DNA from: Escherichia coli
GTDB taxonomy: Bacteria; Pseudomonadota; Gammaproteobacteria; Enterobacterales; Enterobacteriaceae
Strand: one strand, 5' to 3'
Length of the DNA stretch: 64,000 nt
Assembly (NCBI RefSeq): GCF_030384885.1
Contig: NZ_CP128613.1
The notes beneath the pieces were generated by a model, which did no database searches, had not been told where the DNA came from, and saw only the letters and a program-made list of their open reading frames with translations. Made by a program: the position numbers and the translations under genes. Positions 34,108-47,970 of the stretch are shown in pieces; the stretch's first letter is position 1, and the number at the start of each line of letters is the position of its first letter.

Positions 34108-35763
34108 ATGCCATCCGCTCGTCTGCAACAACAGTTCATCCGCCTGTGGCAATGCTGCGAGGGTAAATCGCAGGACACGACGCTCAACGAACTGGCAGCG
34201 TTATTGAGCTGCTCGCGTCGTCATATGCGCACCCTGCTCAACACCATGCAGGATCGCGGCTGGCTGACGTGGGAAGCGGAAGTCGGGCGCGGTAAACGCT
34301 CTCGTCTGACATTCTTCTACACCGGGCTGGCGCTTCAGCAACAGCGAGCAGAGGACCTGCTGGAGCAGGATCGTATCGATCAACTGGTGCAACTGGTTGG
34401 CGACAAAGCGGCTGTGCGGCAAATGTTGGTTTCTCATCTGGGGCGTACCTTCCGCCAGGGGCGGCACATCCTGCGCGTTCTCTACTATCGTCCGTTGCGC
34501 AATCTGCTGCCCGGCAGTGCATTGCGCCGTTCCGAAACCCATATCGCCCGGCAAATCTTCAGTTCGCTAACGCGCATAAATGAGGAAAATGGGGAACTGG
34601 AAGCAGACATCGCCCACCACTGGCAGCAAATATCACCGCTTCACTGGCGCTTCTTTTTGCGTCCAGGAGTCCATTTTCACCATGGTCGTGAACTGGAAAT
34701 GGACGATGTGATCGCCTCTTTAAAACGAATCAATACGCTTCCGCTCTATTCACATATTGCGGACATTGTGTCGCCGACGCCCTGGACGCTGGATATCCAT
34801 CTCACGCAACCGGACCGCTGGTTACCGTTACTGCTGGGGCAAGTTCCGGCGATGATCCTGCCACGAGAATGGGAAACCCTCAGTAACTTTGCCAGCCATC
34901 CCATCGGCACCGGTCCGTATGCGGTGATCCGCAACAGCACCAATCAACTGAAAATTCAGGCATTCGATGACTTCTTCGGTTACCGGGCATTAATCGACGA
35001 AGTTAACGTCTGGGTTCTGCCGGAAATTGCCGACGAGCCAGCCGGCGGTCTGATGCTAAAAGGTCCACAGGGCGAGGAAAAAGAGATTGAAAGTCGGCTG
35101 GAGGAAGGTTGCTACTATTTACTGTTCGACAGCCGCACCCACCGTGGGGCGAATCAGCAAGTCAGGGACTGGGTAAGTTATGTGCTTTCTCCAACTAATC
35201 TGGTCTATTTCGCCGAGGAACAATACCAGCAACTCTGGTTTCCGGCTTATGGACTGCTCCCCCGCTGGCATCATGCCCACCCGGCGCAGTGCGAAAAACC
35301 TGCCGGGCTGGAAAGCCTCACCCTGACCTTTTATCAGGATCATATTGAGCATCGGGTGATTGCCAGGATCATGCAGCAGATTCTGGCAAGTCATCAGGTC
35401 ACACTTGAAATTAAAGAGATCAGCTATGATCAGTGGCACGAAGGAGAGATCGAGAGCGATATCTGGCTTAACAGCGCCAACTTTACGCTGCCGCTGGATT
35501 TTTCGCTGTTCGCGCACTTGTGCGAGGTGCCGCTGCTCCAACACTGTATTCCGATCGACTGGCAAGCCGACGCCGCCCGCTGGCGCAATGGCGAAATGAA
35601 CCTGGCGAACTGGTGCCAGCAACTGGTCGCCAGCAAAGCAATGGTGCCGCTCATCCACCACTGGCTGATCATTCAGGGGCAACGCAGTATGCGCGGCCTG
35701 CGCATGAACACTCTCGGCTGGTTCGATTTTAAATCCGCGTGGTTTGCGCCACCGGATCCATGA
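34108..35763 (+). CDS. sgrR: transcriptional activator SgrR
   Basis: Start trimmed to [15 protein letters not shown] to give 551 aa; N-terminal HTH plus solute-binding-like domain. Confidence 0.9.
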   Translation: MPSARLQQQFIRLWQCCEGKSQDTTLNELAALLSCSRRHMRTLLNTMQDRGWLTWEAEVGRGKRSRLTFFYTGLALQQQRAEDLLEQDRIDQLVQLVGDKAAVRQMLVSHLGRTFRQGRHILRVLYYRPLRNLLPGSALRRSETHIARQIFSSLTRINEENGELEADIAHHWQQISPLHWRFFLRPGVHFHHGRELEMDDVIASLKRINTLPLYSHIADIVSPTPWTLDIHLTQPDRWLPLLLGQVPAMILPREWETLSNFASHPIGTGPYAVIRNSTNQLKIQAFDDFFGYRALIDEVNVWVLPEIADEPAGGLMLKGPQGEEKEIESRLEEGCYYLLFDSRTHRGANQQVRDWVSYVLSPTNLVYFAEEQYQQLWFPAYGLLPRWHHAHPAQCEKPAGLESLTLTFYQDHIEHRVIARIMQQILASHQVTLEIKEISYDQWHEGEIESDIWLNSANFTLPLDFSLFAHLCEVPLLQHCIPIDWQADAARWRNGEMNLANWCQQLVASKAMVPLIHHWLIIQGQRSMRGLRMNTLGWFDFKSAWFAPPDP

Positions 35764-35794
35764 TTGCTGGTTGATAACAAAATCACTACACTAA

Positions 35795-35890
35795 CGCCGT
35801 TCTCAACGGGGTGCCACGCAGACGCGTGCGCTGAGAAAATACCCGTCGAACCTGATCCGGATAACGCCGGCGAAGGGATTTGAGGCTCCT
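35795..35890 (+). ncRNA. TPP riboswitch (THI element) in the thiBPQ leader
   Basis: Conserved THI-box segments ggggtgcc ... ctgaga ... acccg ... gaacctgatccggataacgccggcgaaggga upstream of thiB. Confidence 0.8.
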
Positions 35891-35926
35891 TCTCAAGTCC
35901 TTTGCCACTCTTCTTTGAGGTGCAAA

Positions 35927-36910
35927 GTGTTAAAAAAATATCTTCCCCTGCTGTTGCTCTGTACAGCACCCGCTTTCGCTAAACCCGTTCTGACTGTTTA
36001 TACCTACGATTCCTTCGCCGCCGACTGGGGGCCAGGTCCGGTGGTGAAAAAAGCCTTTGAAGCCGACTGTAATTGCGAACTGAAACTGGTGGCGCTGGAA
36101 GATGGCGTTTCGCTTCTCAACCGTCTACGGATGGAAGGCAAAAACAGCAAAGCCGATGTGGTGCTGGGGCTGGATAACAATCTGTTAGATGCCGCCAGCA
36201 AAACCGGGCTGTTTGCTAAAAGCGGTGTGGCAGCAGATGCGGTAAATGTACCCGGCGGCTGGAATAATGACACTTTCGTCCCGTTTGATTACGGTTATTT
36301 CGCCTTCGTCTATGACAAGAACAAACTGAAAAATCCGCCGCAAAGCCTGAAAGAGCTGGTTGAAAGCGATCAGAACTGGCGAGTGATTTATCAGGATCCA
36401 CGTACCAGTACGCCGGGCCTGGGCCTGTTGTTGTGGATGCAAAAAGTCTATGGCGATGACGCCCCACAAGCCTGGCAGAAACTGGCGAAGAAAACGGTCA
36501 CGGTCACCAAAGGCTGGAGCGAAGCCTACGGCCTGTTCTTAAAAGGCGAAAGCGATCTGGTACTGAGTTACACCACCTCTCCGGCTTATCACATTCTCGA
36601 AGAGAAGAAAGATAACTACGCCGCCGCGAACTTCAGCGAAGGTCACTATTTGCAAGTGGAAGTCGCCGCCCGCACCGCTGCCAGCAAACAGCCGGAGCTG
36701 GCGCAAAAATTCCTCCAGTTTATGGTTTCTCCGGCTTTTCAGAATGCGATCCCAACCGGCAACTGGATGTATCCGGTGGCAAACGTCACGCTGCCTGCCG
36801 GTTTTGAAAAATTGACCAAACCGGCAACCACGCTGGAGTTCACGCCAGCCGAGGTGGCGGCACAACGTCAGGCATGGATTAGCGAATGGCAACGCGCCGT
36901 CAGCCGTTAA
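35927..36910 (+). CDS. thiB: thiamine ABC transporter periplasmic binding protein
   Basis: GTG start chosen to give 327 aa; signal peptide LKKYLPLLLLCTAPAFA. Confidence 0.88.
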   Translation: MLKKYLPLLLLCTAPAFAKPVLTVYTYDSFAADWGPGPVVKKAFEADCNCELKLVALEDGVSLLNRLRMEGKNSKADVVLGLDNNLLDAASKTGLFAKSGVAADAVNVPGGWNNDTFVPFDYGYFAFVYDKNKLKNPPQSLKELVESDQNWRVIYQDPRTSTPGLGLLLWMQKVYGDDAPQAWQKLAKKTVTVTKGWSEAYGLFLKGESDLVLSYTTSPAYHILEEKKDNYAAANFSEGHYLQVEVAARTAASKQPELAQKFLQFMVSPAFQNAIPTGNWMYPVANVTLPAGFEKLTKPATTLEFTPAEVAAQRQAWISEWQRAVSR

Positions 36911-38496
36911 TTCCCGGCTGGTTAATTCCAGGCGTAAGCGCCGCTACGCTTGTGGTGGCGGTTGCACTGGCGGCATTTCTCGCCCTGTGGTGGAACGCGC
37001 CGCAGGGTGACTGGGTGGCAATCTGGCAGGACAGCTACCTGTGGCATGTGGTGCGCTTCTCCTTCTGGCAGGCGTTTCTCTCGGCGCTGCTCTCTGTCGT
37101 ACCCGCGATATTCCTCGCCCGCGCGCTCTATCGCAGGCGCTTTCCGGGTCGGCTGACGCTGTTGCGTCTGTGCGCAATGACCTTGATCCTCCCGGTGCTG
37201 GTTGCTGTTTTCGGCATTCTTAGCGTCTATGGTCGCCAGGGCTGGCTGGCATCACTCTGCCAATCGCTCGGTCTGGAGTGGACCTTTTCGCCCTACGGCC
37301 TGCAAGGTATTTTGCTGGCGCACGTATTTTTTAATCTGCCGATGGCGAGCCGCTTATTACTCCAGGCACTGGAAAACATTCCCGGCGAACAACGTCAACT
37401 TGCCGCCCAGCTTGGGATGCGCGGCTGGCATTTTTTCCGCTTCGTCGAATGGCCGTGGTTACGGCGTCAAATCCCGCCGGTTGCCGCGCTTATCTTTATG
37501 CTCTGTTTCGCCAGCTTCGCCACCGTGCTATCGCTGGGCGGCGGTCCGCAGGCGACCACTATCGAGCTGGCAATCTATCAGGCGCTGAGTTACGACTACG
37601 ATCCCGCCCGCGCGGCGATGCTGGCGCTGATCCAGATGGTTTGTTGCCTTGGGCTGGTGCTGTTGAGTCAGCGACTAAGTAAGGCCATTGCGCCCGGCAC
37701 CACGCTGCTGCAAGGCTGGCGCGACCCGGACGATCGTCTGCATAGCCGCATTTGCGACACGGTGTTAATTGTGCTGGCGCTGTTGCTGTTGCTGCCACCG
37801 TTACTGGCGGTGCTCGTCGATGGGATAAATCGCCAGTTGCCGGAAGTGCTGGCGCAGCCGGTGCTGTGGCAGGCACTGTGGACCTCGTTGCGTATTGCGC
37901 TGGCGGCAGGCGTATTATGCGTAGTGCTGACCATGATGCTGCTATGGAGCAGTCGCGAATTGCGGGCACGGCAAAAAATGCTGGCGGGTCAGGCGCTGGA
38001 GATGAGCGGAATGCTGATCCTCGCCATGCCGGGGATTGTGCTGGCAACGGGCTTCTTTTTACTGCTCAACAACACCATCGGCCTGCCACAATCTGCTGAC
38101 GGCATCGTGATTTTCACCAATGCGTTAATGGCCATCCCTTATGCGCTGAAAGTGCTGGAAAACCCGATGCGCGATATCACTGCCCGCTATAGCATGCTTT
38201 GTCAGTCGCTGGGCATTGAAGGCTGGTCGCGCTTAAAAGTGGTGGAGCTGCGCGCCCTGAAACGTCCGCTGGCGCAGGCGCTGGCCTTTGCGTGTGTGCT
38301 GTCGATTGGTGATTTTGGCGTGGTGGCGTTGTTCGGTAACGATGATTTCCGCACCCTGCCGTTTTATCTCTACCAGCAAATTGGCTCCTATCGTAGCCAG
38401 GATGGCGCGGTGACCGCGTTAATTCTACTGCTGCTCTGTTTTCTGCTGTTTACCGTGATTGAAAAACTACCGGGGCGAAATGTTAAAACTGACTGA
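36886..38496 (+). CDS. thiP: thiamine ABC transporter permease
   Basis: 536-aa polytopic membrane ORF; synteny. Confidence 0.9.
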   Translation: MATRRQPLIPGWLIPGVSAATLVVAVALAAFLALWWNAPQGDWVAIWQDSYLWHVVRFSFWQAFLSALLSVVPAIFLARALYRRRFPGRLTLLRLCAMTLILPVLVAVFGILSVYGRQGWLASLCQSLGLEWTFSPYGLQGILLAHVFFNLPMASRLLLQALENIPGEQRQLAAQLGMRGWHFFRFVEWPWLRRQIPPVAALIFMLCFASFATVLSLGGGPQATTIELAIYQALSYDYDPARAAMLALIQMVCCLGLVLLSQRLSKAIAPGTTLLQGWRDPDDRLHSRICDTVLIVLALLLLLPPLLAVLVDGINRQLPEVLAQPVLWQALWTSLRIALAAGVLCVVLTMMLLWSSRELRARQKMLAGQALEMSGMLILAMPGIVLATGFFLLLNNTIGLPQSADGIVIFTNALMAIPYALKVLENPMRDITARYSMLCQSLGIEGWSRLKVVELRALKRPLAQALAFACVLSIGDFGVVALFGNDDFRTLPFYLYQQIGSYRSQDGAVTALILLLLCFLLFTVIEKLPGRNVKTD

Positions 38497-39178
38497 TATC
38501 ACCTGGCTTTATCACCATTTGCCGATGCGTTTTAGCTTAACGGTGGAACCCGGCGAGCAGGTGGCGATCCTCGGGCCAAGCGGCGCGGGTAAAAGTACCC
38601 TGCTAAATTTGATCGCCGGTTTTCTGACGCCAGCCAGCGGTTCGCTGACTATCGATGGTATTGATCACACCACTACGCCGCCGTCACGCCGTCCGGTATC
38701 GATGCTGTTTCAGGAGAACAACCTGTTCAGTCACCTGACGGTCGCGCAGAACATCGGGCTGGGGCTTAATCCTGGATTGAAGCTGAACGCGGCGCAGCAG
38801 GAGAAAATGCATGCTATCGCCCGCCAGATGGGGATTGATAATTTAATGGCGCGATTACCGGGCGAGCTTTCTGGCGGTCAGCGACAGCGCGTGGCGTTAG
38901 CGCGTTGTATGGTGCGCGAACAGCCGATTTTATTGCTCGATGAACCGTTCTCTGCGCTCGATCCGGCGTTACGTCAGGAGATGCTGACGCTGGTGAGCAC
39001 GAGCTGCCAGCAGCAAAAAATGACGCTATTGATGGTGTCGCACAGTGTGGAAGATGCGGCCCGGATCGCCACACGCTCGGTGGTGGTCGCCGACGGGCGC
39101 ATCGCCTGGCAGGGTAAGACTGAAGAATTGTTGAGCGGTAAGGCGAGTGCTTCGGCAATATTGGGGATTACGGGTTAG
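38480..39178 (+). CDS. thiQ: thiamine ABC transporter ATP-binding protein
   Basis: Start [13 protein letters not shown] gives 232 aa; Walker [10 protein letters not shown] and signature LSGGQRQR. Confidence 0.9.
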   Translation: MLKLTDITWLYHHLPMRFSLTVEPGEQVAILGPSGAGKSTLLNLIAGFLTPASGSLTIDGIDHTTTPPSRRPVSMLFQENNLFSHLTVAQNIGLGLNPGLKLNAAQQEKMHAIARQMGIDNLMARLPGELSGGQRQRVALARCMVREQPILLLDEPFSALDPALRQEMLTLVSTSCQQQKMTLLMVSHSVEDAARIATRSVVVADGRIAWQGKTEELLSGKASASAILGITG

Positions 39179-39179
39179 T

Positions 39180-39288
<109 letters not shown>

Positions 39289-39290
39289 CC

Positions 39291-40055
39291 CTAAACCCCA
39301 ACCACTTTCCGCAAAATATCGATATATACCGGCATCAACGGGTGGCGAATTAACACCACCAGCGCCACCACGCCGATGGCAGAAATCAACGGTGTCAACC
39401 ACAACAAATGACCGCGCGACAAATAATGACTTAAACGATCAGTTACCTTGCCGCTGCGCCATAACCGCCAACACAGCCAGCCGCCAACCCACAAAAACAC
39501 CGCTGTTGCCAGCAGCAACCACTTAAATTCACCGCTCTGCATCCCGGCAGGAATATCGATCGCCGCACCCGCCAGAATCCCCGGCAGGAAGTAAAACGGA
39601 GGCCATAACAGGCAGCCGATAATATTTGGCGTAATAAATTTCGCCACCGGGAGATCCAACATTCCCGCCACCATTGGCACCAGCGGACGCGTCGGGCCGA
39701 CAAAACGACCGACCAGAATGGTAAACATGCTGTGTTGATGCAACGCATGTTCAGTTTTATCGAGTAATGCTTTGTTCTTCTTCAGAAACGACCAGCGATG
39801 CAACGGCTTTTTAAAACGCCAGCCCAGCCAGAAGGAGATCCAGTCGCCCATCAGGCAACCGACAATCCCTGCCAGCCAGGCGTGCCAGAAACTTAACTCG
39901 CCGCTGCCAATCAGCGCTCCCAGTCCTGCCATCAGCACCGTACCGGGCAGAATCAAACCGACCAGCGCCAGCGACTCCAGAAAGGCCACCAACATTACCG
40001 CCATCAATGAATACACGGTGGATTGGGTAATAAAGTGTTCCAGCAATGCTTGCAT
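39291..40055 (-). CDS. yabI: DedA-family inner membrane protein YabI
   Basis: 254-aa membrane ORF; position between araC and thiQ. Confidence 0.85.
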   Translation of the reverse strand: MQALLEHFITQSTVYSLMAVMLVAFLESLALVGLILPGTVLMAGLGALIGSGELSFWHAWLAGIVGCLMGDWISFWLGWRFKKPLHRWSFLKKNKALLDKTEHALHQHSMFTILVGRFVGPTRPLVPMVAGMLDLPVAKFITPNIIGCLLWPPFYFLPGILAGAAIDIPAGMQSGEFKWLLLATAVFLWVGGWLCWRLWRSGKVTDRLSHYLSRGHLLWLTPLISAIGVVALVVLIRHPLMPVYIDILRKVVGV

Positions 40056-40140
40056 AATGTGCCTGTCAAATGGACGAAGCAGGGATTCTGCAAACCCTAT
40101 GCTACTCCGTCAAGCCGTCAATTATCTGATTCGTTACCAA

Positions 40141-41019
40141 TTATGACAACTTGACGGCTACATCATTCACTTTTTCTTCACAACCGGCACGGAACTCACT
40201 TGGGCTGGCCCCGGTGCATTTTTTAAATACCCGCGAGAAATAGAGTTGATCGTCAAAGCCAACATTGCGACCGACAGTGGCGATAGGCATCCGTGTGGTG
40301 CTCAAAAGCAGCTTCGCCTGGCTGATGCGTTGGTCCTCGCGCCAGCTTAAGACACTAATCCCTAACTGTTGGCGGAACAGATGTGACAGACGCGACGGCG
40401 ACAGGCAGACATGCTGCGCCACGCTGGCAATATCAAAATTGCTGTCTGCGAGGTGATCGCTAATGTACTGACAAGCCTCGCGTACCCGATTATCCATCGG
40501 TGGATGGAGCGACTCGTTAATTGCTTCCATGCGCCGAAGTAACAATTGCTCAAGCAGATTTATCGCCAGCAGCTCCGAATAGCGCCCTTCCCCTTGCCCG
40601 GCGTTAATGATTTGCCCAAACAGGTCGCTGAAATGCGGCTGGTGCGCTTCATCCGGGCGAAAGAAACCGGTATTGGCAAATATTGACGGCCAGTTAAGCC
40701 ATTCATGCCAGTAGGCGCGCGGACGAAAGTAAACCCACTGGTGATACCATTCGCGAGCCTCCGGATGACGACCGTAGTGATGAATCTCTCCTGGCGGGAA
40801 CAGCAAAATATCACCCGGTCGGCAGACAAATTCTCGTCCCTGATTTTTCACCACCCCCTGGCCGCGTATGGTGAGATTGAGAATATAACCCTTCATTCCC
40901 AGCGGTCGGTCGATAAAAAAATCGAGATAACCGTTGGCCTCAATCGGCGTTAAACCCGCCACCAGATGGGCGTTAAACGAGTATCCCGGCAGCAGGGGAT
41001 CATTTTGCGCTTCAGCCAT
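40141..41019 (-). CDS. araC: arabinose operon regulator AraC
   Basis: Start [22 protein letters not shown] gives 292 aa; divergent from araBAD. Confidence 0.93.
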
Positions 41020-41189
41020 ACTTTTCATACTCCCGCCATTCAGGGAAGAAACCAATTGTCCATATTGCATTAGACATTGCCGTCACTGCGTCTTTTACTG
41101 GCTCTTCTCGCTAATCCAACCGGTAACCCCGCTTATTAAAAGCATTCTGTAACAAAGCGGGACCAAAGCCATGACAAAACCGCGTAACA

Positions 41190-43058
<1,869 letters not shown>

Positions 43059-43068
43059 GGACACGACA

Positions 43069-44571
43069 ATGACAATTTTTGATAATTATGAAGTGTGGTT
43101 TGTAATTGGCAGCCAGCATCTGTATGGCCCGGAAACCCTGCGTCAGGTCACCCAACATGCCGAACACGTCGTTAATGCGCTGAATACGGAAGCGAAACTG
43201 CCCTGCAAACTGGTGCTGAAACCGCTGGGCACCACGCCGGATGAAATCACCGCTATTTGCCGTGACGCGAATTACGACGATCGTTGCGCTGGTCTGGTGG
43301 TGTGGCTGCACACCTTCTCTCCAGCCAAAATGTGGATTAACGGCCTGACCATGCTCAATAAGCCGTTGCTGCAATTCCACACCCAGTTCAACGCGGCGCT
43401 GCCGTGGGACAGTATCGACATGGACTTTATGAACCTGAACCAGACTGCACATGGCGGTCGCGAGTTTGGCTTCATTGGCGCACGTATGCGTCAGCAACAT
43501 GCCGTCGTTACCGGTCACTGGCAGGATAAACAGGCACATGAGCGTATCGGCTCATGGATGCGTCAGGCGGTCTCTAAACAGGATACCCGTCATCTGAAAG
43601 TTTGCCGCTTTGGCGATAACATGCGTGAAGTAGCGGTTACCGATGGCGATAAAGTTGCCGCACAAATCAAATTCGGTTTCTCCGTCAATACCTGGGCGGT
43701 TGGCGATCTGGTGCAGGTGGTGAACTCCATCAGCGATGGCGATGTTAACGCGCTGGTCGATGAGTACGAAAGCTGCTACACCATGACGCCTGCGACACAA
43801 ATCCACGGCGAAAAACGGCAGAACGTGCTGGAAGCTGCGCGTATTGAGCTGGGGATGAAGCGTTTCCTGGAACAAGGTGGCTTCCATGCGTTCACCACCA
43901 CCTTTGAAGATTTGCACGGTCTGAAGCAGCTTCCAGGCCTGGCCGTGCAGCGTCTGATGCAACAGGGCTACGGCTTTGCGGGCGAAGGCGACTGGAAAAC
44001 TGCCGCCCTGCTTCGCATCATGAAGGTGATGTCAACCGGTCTGCAGGGCGGCACCTCTTTTATGGAGGACTATACCTACCACTTCGAGAAAGGTAATGAC
44101 CTGGTGCTCGGCTCCCACATGCTGGAAGTCTGCCCGTCGATCGCTGCAGAAGAGAAACCGATCCTCGACGTTCAGCACCTCGGTATTGGTGGTAAAGACG
44201 ACCCGGCCCGCCTAATCTTCAACACCCAAACCGGTCCGGCCATTGTCGCCAGCCTGATTGATCTCGGCGATCGTTACCGTCTGCTGGTTAACTGCATCGA
44301 CACGGTGAAAACGCCGCACACCCTGCCGAAACTGCCGGTGGCGAATGCGCTGTGGAAAGCGCAGCCGGATCTACCAACCGCTTCCGAAGCGTGGATCCTT
44401 GCTGGTGGCGCGCACCACACCGTCTTCAGCCATGCGTTGAACCTCAACGATATGCGCCAGTTTGCCGAGATGCACGACATTGAAATCACGGTGATTGATA
44501 ACGACACCCGCCTGCCAGCGTTTAAAGATGCACTGCGCTGGAACGAAGTGTATTACGGATTTCGTCGCTAA
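43069..44571 (+). CDS. araA: L-arabinose isomerase
   Basis: 500-aa ORF. Confidence 0.95.
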   Translation: MTIFDNYEVWFVIGSQHLYGPETLRQVTQHAEHVVNALNTEAKLPCKLVLKPLGTTPDEITAICRDANYDDRCAGLVVWLHTFSPAKMWINGLTMLNKPLLQFHTQFNAALPWDSIDMDFMNLNQTAHGGREFGFIGARMRQQHAVVTGHWQDKQAHERIGSWMRQAVSKQDTRHLKVCRFGDNMREVAVTDGDKVAAQIKFGFSVNTWAVGDLVQVVNSISDGDVNALVDEYESCYTMTPATQIHGEKRQNVLEAARIELGMKRFLEQGGFHAFTTTFEDLHGLKQLPGLAVQRLMQQGYGFAGEGDWKTAALLRIMKVMSTGLQGGTSFMEDYTYHFEKGNDLVLGSHMLEVCPSIAAEEKPILDVQHLGIGGKDDPARLIFNTQTGPAIVASLIDLGDRYRLLVNCIDTVKTPHTLPKLPVANALWKAQPDLPTASEAWILAGGAHHTVFSHALNLNDMRQFAEMHDIEITVIDNDTRLPAFKDALRWNEVYYGFRR

Positions 44572-44574
44572 GTA

Positions 44575-44682
44575 GCCGCATCAGGTATGTAACGCCTGAT
44601 GCGACGCTGACGCGTCTTATCTGGCCTACACGTTCCGATTTTGTAGGCCGGATAAGCAAAGCGCATCCGGCACGAAGGAGTC
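44575..44682. repeat. REP element cluster
   Basis: Palindromic units gccgcatcaggtatgtaacgcctgatgcgacgc and taggccggataagcaaagcgcatccggc between araA and araD. Confidence 0.6.
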
Positions 44683-44685
44683 AAC

Positions 44686-45381
44686 ATGTTAGAAGATCTC
44701 AAACGTCAGGTTTTAGAAGCCAACCTGGCGCTGCCAAAACACAACCTGGTCACGCTGACCTGGGGCAACGTCAGCGCCGTTGATCGCGAGCGCGGCGTCT
44801 TTGTAATCAAACCTTCCGGCGTCGATTACAGCATCATGACCGCTGACGATATGGTCGTGGTCAGCATCGAAACCGGTGAAGTGGTAGAAGGTACGAAAAA
44901 GCCCTCCTCCGACACGCCAACTCACCGGCTGCTCTATCAGGCATTCCCGTCCATTGGCGGCATTGTGCATACGCACTCGCGCCACGCCACCATCTGGGCG
45001 CAGGCGGGCCAGTCAATTCCGGCAACCGGCACCACCCACGCCGACTATTTCTACGGCACCATTCCCTGCACTCGCAAAATGACCGACGCAGAAATCAACG
45101 GCGAATATGAGTGGGAAACCGGTAACGTCATCGTTGAAACTTTCGAAAAACAGGGTATCGACGCAGCGCAAATGCCTGGCGTTCTGGTCCATTCTCACGG
45201 CCCGTTTGCATGGGGTAAAAACGCTGAAGACGCAGTGCATAACGCCATCGTGCTGGAAGAAGTCGCTTATATGGGGATTTTCTGCCGCCAGCTTGCTCCG
45301 CAACTGCCTGATATGCAGCAAACATTGCTGGATAAACACTATCTGCGTAAGCATGGTGCGAAGGCATATTACGGGCAGTAA
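44686..45381 (+). CDS. araD: L-ribulose-5-phosphate 4-epimerase
   Basis: 231-aa ORF. Confidence 0.95.
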   Translation: MLEDLKRQVLEANLALPKHNLVTLTWGNVSAVDRERGVFVIKPSGVDYSIMTADDMVVVSIETGEVVEGTKKPSSDTPTHRLLYQAFPSIGGIVHTHSRHATIWAQAGQSIPATGTTHADYFYGTIPCTRKMTDAEINGEYEWETGNVIVETFEKQGIDAAQMPGVLVHSHGPFAWGKNAEDAVHNAIVLEEVAYMGIFCRQLAPQLPDMQQTLLDKHYLRKHGAKAYYGQ

Positions 45382-45384
45382 TGA

Positions 45385-45400
45385 CTGTATAAAACCACAG
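45385..45400 (+). promoter_or_regulatory. LexA (SOS) box upstream of polB
   Basis: CTGTATAAAACCACAG matches the CTGT-N8-ACAG consensus, about 55 bp upstream of the polB GTG start. Confidence 0.75.
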
Positions 45401-45410
45401 CCAATCAAAC

Positions 45411-45442
45411 GAAACCAGGCTATAATCAAGCCTGGTTTTTTG
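45411..45442 (+). terminator. hairpin plus T-run after araD (possible terminator); loop carries a TATAAT hexamer
   Basis: aaaccaggc TATAAT caagcctggtttttt; could terminate araBAD and/or supply the polB -10. Confidence 0.45.
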
Positions 45443-45455
45443 ATGGAATTTCAGC

Positions 45456-47807
45456 GTGGCGCAGGCAGGTTTTATCTTAACCCGACACTGGCGGGACACC
45501 CCGCAAGGGACAGAGATCTCTTTCTGGTTAGCGACGGACAACGGGCCGTTGCAGGTTACGCTTGCACCGCAAGAGTCCGTGGCGTTTATTCCCGCCGATC
45601 AGGTTCCCCGCGCCCAGCATATTTTGCAGGGTGAACAAGGCTTTCGCCTGACGCCGCTGGCGTTAAAGGATTTTCATCGCCAGCCGGTGTATGGCCTTTA
45701 CTGTCGCGCCCATCGCCAGTTAATGAATTACGAAAAGCGCCTGCGTGAAGGTGGCGTTACCGTCTACGAGGCCGATGTGCGCCCGCCGGAACGCTATCTG
45801 ATGGAGCGGTTTATCACCTCTCCGGTGTGGGTCGAGGGTGATATGCGCAATGGCGCTATCGTTAATGCCCGTCTGAAACCGCATCCCGACTACCGCCCGC
45901 CGCTCAAGTGGGTTTCTATTGATATTGAAACTACCCGCCACGGTGAACTGTACTGCATCGGTCTGGAAGGCTGCGGGCAGCGCATCGTTTATATGCTGGG
46001 GCCGGAGAATGGCGATGCCTCCGCGCTTGATTTCGAACTGGAGTACGTCGCCAGTCGTCCGCAGCTGCTGGAAAAACTCAACGCCTGGTTTGCTAACCAC
46101 GATCCTGATGTGATCATCGGCTGGAACGTGGTGCAGTTCGATCTGCGAATGCTGCAAAAACATGCCGAGCGCTACCGTATTCCACTGCGTCTGGGGCGCG
46201 ATAACAGTGAGCTGGAGTGGCGCGAGCATGGCTTTAAAAACGGTGTGTTTTTTGCCCAGGCTAAAGGTCGGCTAATTATCGACGGTATCGAGGCGCTGAA
46301 ATCTGCATTCTGGAATTTCTCTTCGTTCTCGCTGGAAACCGTCGCTCAGGAGTTATTAGGCGAAGGAAAATCTATCGATAACCCGTGGGATCGGATGGAC
46401 GAAATTGACCGCCGTTTCGCCGAAGATAAACCTGCCCTGGCGACTTATAACCTGAAAGATTGCGAGCTGGTGACGCAGATCTTCCACAAAACTGAAATCA
46501 TGCCGTTTCTACTCGAACGGGCGACGGTGAACGGCCTCCCAGTAGATCGGCACGGGGGATCGGTGGCGGCGTTTGGTCATCTCTATTTTCCGCGAATGCA
46601 TCGCGCTGGTTATGTCGCGCCTAATCTCGGCGAAGTGCCGCCGCACGCCAGCCCTGGCGGCTACGTGATGGATTCACGGCCAGGGCTTTATGATTCGGTG
46701 CTGGTGCTGGACTACAAAAGCCTGTACCCGTCGATCATCCGCACCTATCTGATTGATCCCGTCGGGCTGGTGGAAGGCATGGCGCAGCCTGATCCAGAGC
46801 ACAGCACCGAAGGCTTTCTCGATGCCTGGTTCTCGCGGGAGAAACATTGCCTGCCGGAGATTGTGACTAACATCTGGCACGGGCGCGATGAAGCCAAACG
46901 CCAGGGCAATAAGCCACTGTCGCAGGCGCTGAAGATCATCATGAATGCCTTTTATGGCGTGCTCGGGACTACCGCCTGTCGCTTCTTCGATCCCCGCCTG
47001 GCGTCGTCAATCACCATGCGTGGTCATCAGATCATGCGGCAAACCAAAGCGTTGATTGAAGCGCAGGGCTATGACGTAATCTACGGCGATACTGACTCAA
47101 CGTTTGTCTGGCTGAAAGGCGCACATTCGGAAGAAGAAGCGGCGAAAATCGGTCGTGCACTGGTGCAGCACGTTAACGCCTGGTGGGCAGAAACGTTGCA
47201 ACAGCAACGGCTGACTAGCGCATTAGAACTGGAGTATGAAACCCATTTCTGCCGTTTTCTGATGCCAACCATTCGTGGAGCCGATACGGGCAGCAAAAAG
47301 CGCTATGCCGGGCTGATTCAGGAAGGCGATAAACAACGGATGGTGTTTAAAGGGCTGGAAACCGTACGCACCGACTGGACACCGCTGGCCCAGCAGTTTC
47401 AGCAGGAGCTATATCTACGTATCTTCCGCAACGAGCCATATCAGGAATACGTTCGCGAAACCATCGACAAACTGATGGCAGGCGAACTGGATGCACGGCT
47501 GGTTTACCGTAAACGCCTTCGCCGTCCACTGAGCGAATATCAGCGTAATGTGCCGCCTCATGTACGCGCCGCTCGCCTTGCCGATGAAGAAAACCAAAAG
47601 CGCGGTCGCCCCTTGCAATATCAGAACCGCGGCACCATTAAGTACGTCTGGACCACCAACGGCCCGGAGCCGCTGGACTACCAACGTTCACCACTGGATT
47701 ACGAACACTATCTGACCCGCCAGCTGCAACCGGTGGCGGAGGGAATACTCCCTTTTATTGAGGATAATTTTGCTACACTTATGACCGGGCAACTTGGGCT
47801 ATTTTGA
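45456..47807 (+). CDS. polB: DNA polymerase II (B family)
   Basis: 783-aa ORF with GTG start; polymerase motif YGDTDS. Confidence 0.95.
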   Translation: MAQAGFILTRHWRDTPQGTEISFWLATDNGPLQVTLAPQESVAFIPADQVPRAQHILQGEQGFRLTPLALKDFHRQPVYGLYCRAHRQLMNYEKRLREGGVTVYEADVRPPERYLMERFITSPVWVEGDMRNGAIVNARLKPHPDYRPPLKWVSIDIETTRHGELYCIGLEGCGQRIVYMLGPENGDASALDFELEYVASRPQLLEKLNAWFANHDPDVIIGWNVVQFDLRMLQKHAERYRIPLRLGRDNSELEWREHGFKNGVFFAQAKGRLIIDGIEALKSAFWNFSSFSLETVAQELLGEGKSIDNPWDRMDEIDRRFAEDKPALATYNLKDCELVTQIFHKTEIMPFLLERATVNGLPVDRHGGSVAAFGHLYFPRMHRAGYVAPNLGEVPPHASPGGYVMDSRPGLYDSVLVLDYKSLYPSIIRTYLIDPVGLVEGMAQPDPEHSTEGFLDAWFSREKHCLPEIVTNIWHGRDEAKRQGNKPLSQALKIIMNAFYGVLGTTACRFFDPRLASSITMRGHQIMRQTKALIEAQGYDVIYGDTDSTFVWLKGAHSEEEAAKIGRALVQHVNAWWAETLQQQRLTSALELEYETHFCRFLMPTIRGADTGSKKRYAGLIQEGDKQRMVFKGLETVRTDWTPLAQQFQQELYLRIFRNEPYQEYVRETIDKLMAGELDARLVYRKRLRRPLSEYQRNVPPHVRAARLADEENQKRGRPLQYQNRGTIKYVWTTNGPEPLDYQRSPLDYEHYLTRQLQPVAEGILPFIEDNFATLMTGQLGLF

Positions 47808-47970
47808 GCAAAAAAAGAGTTCGCCAGATACCATTTTGATGCGTGACGAATGCTTTGCCATCCAGTACCATAGCGCCCTTTCCATTCCTGGACCTGAATA
47901 ACACCACTACCTCATAAGCACGGTAGCGGGTGGTTATTGCCTGCAATTAAAGATATAGAGCCGAACACAT

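Noticed and set aside
37559-38047. Ala/Pro/Arg-rich ORFs on both strands inside thiP
   Set aside because: Artefacts of the GC-rich membrane-protein coding sequence; thiP itself is the coherent reading frame.
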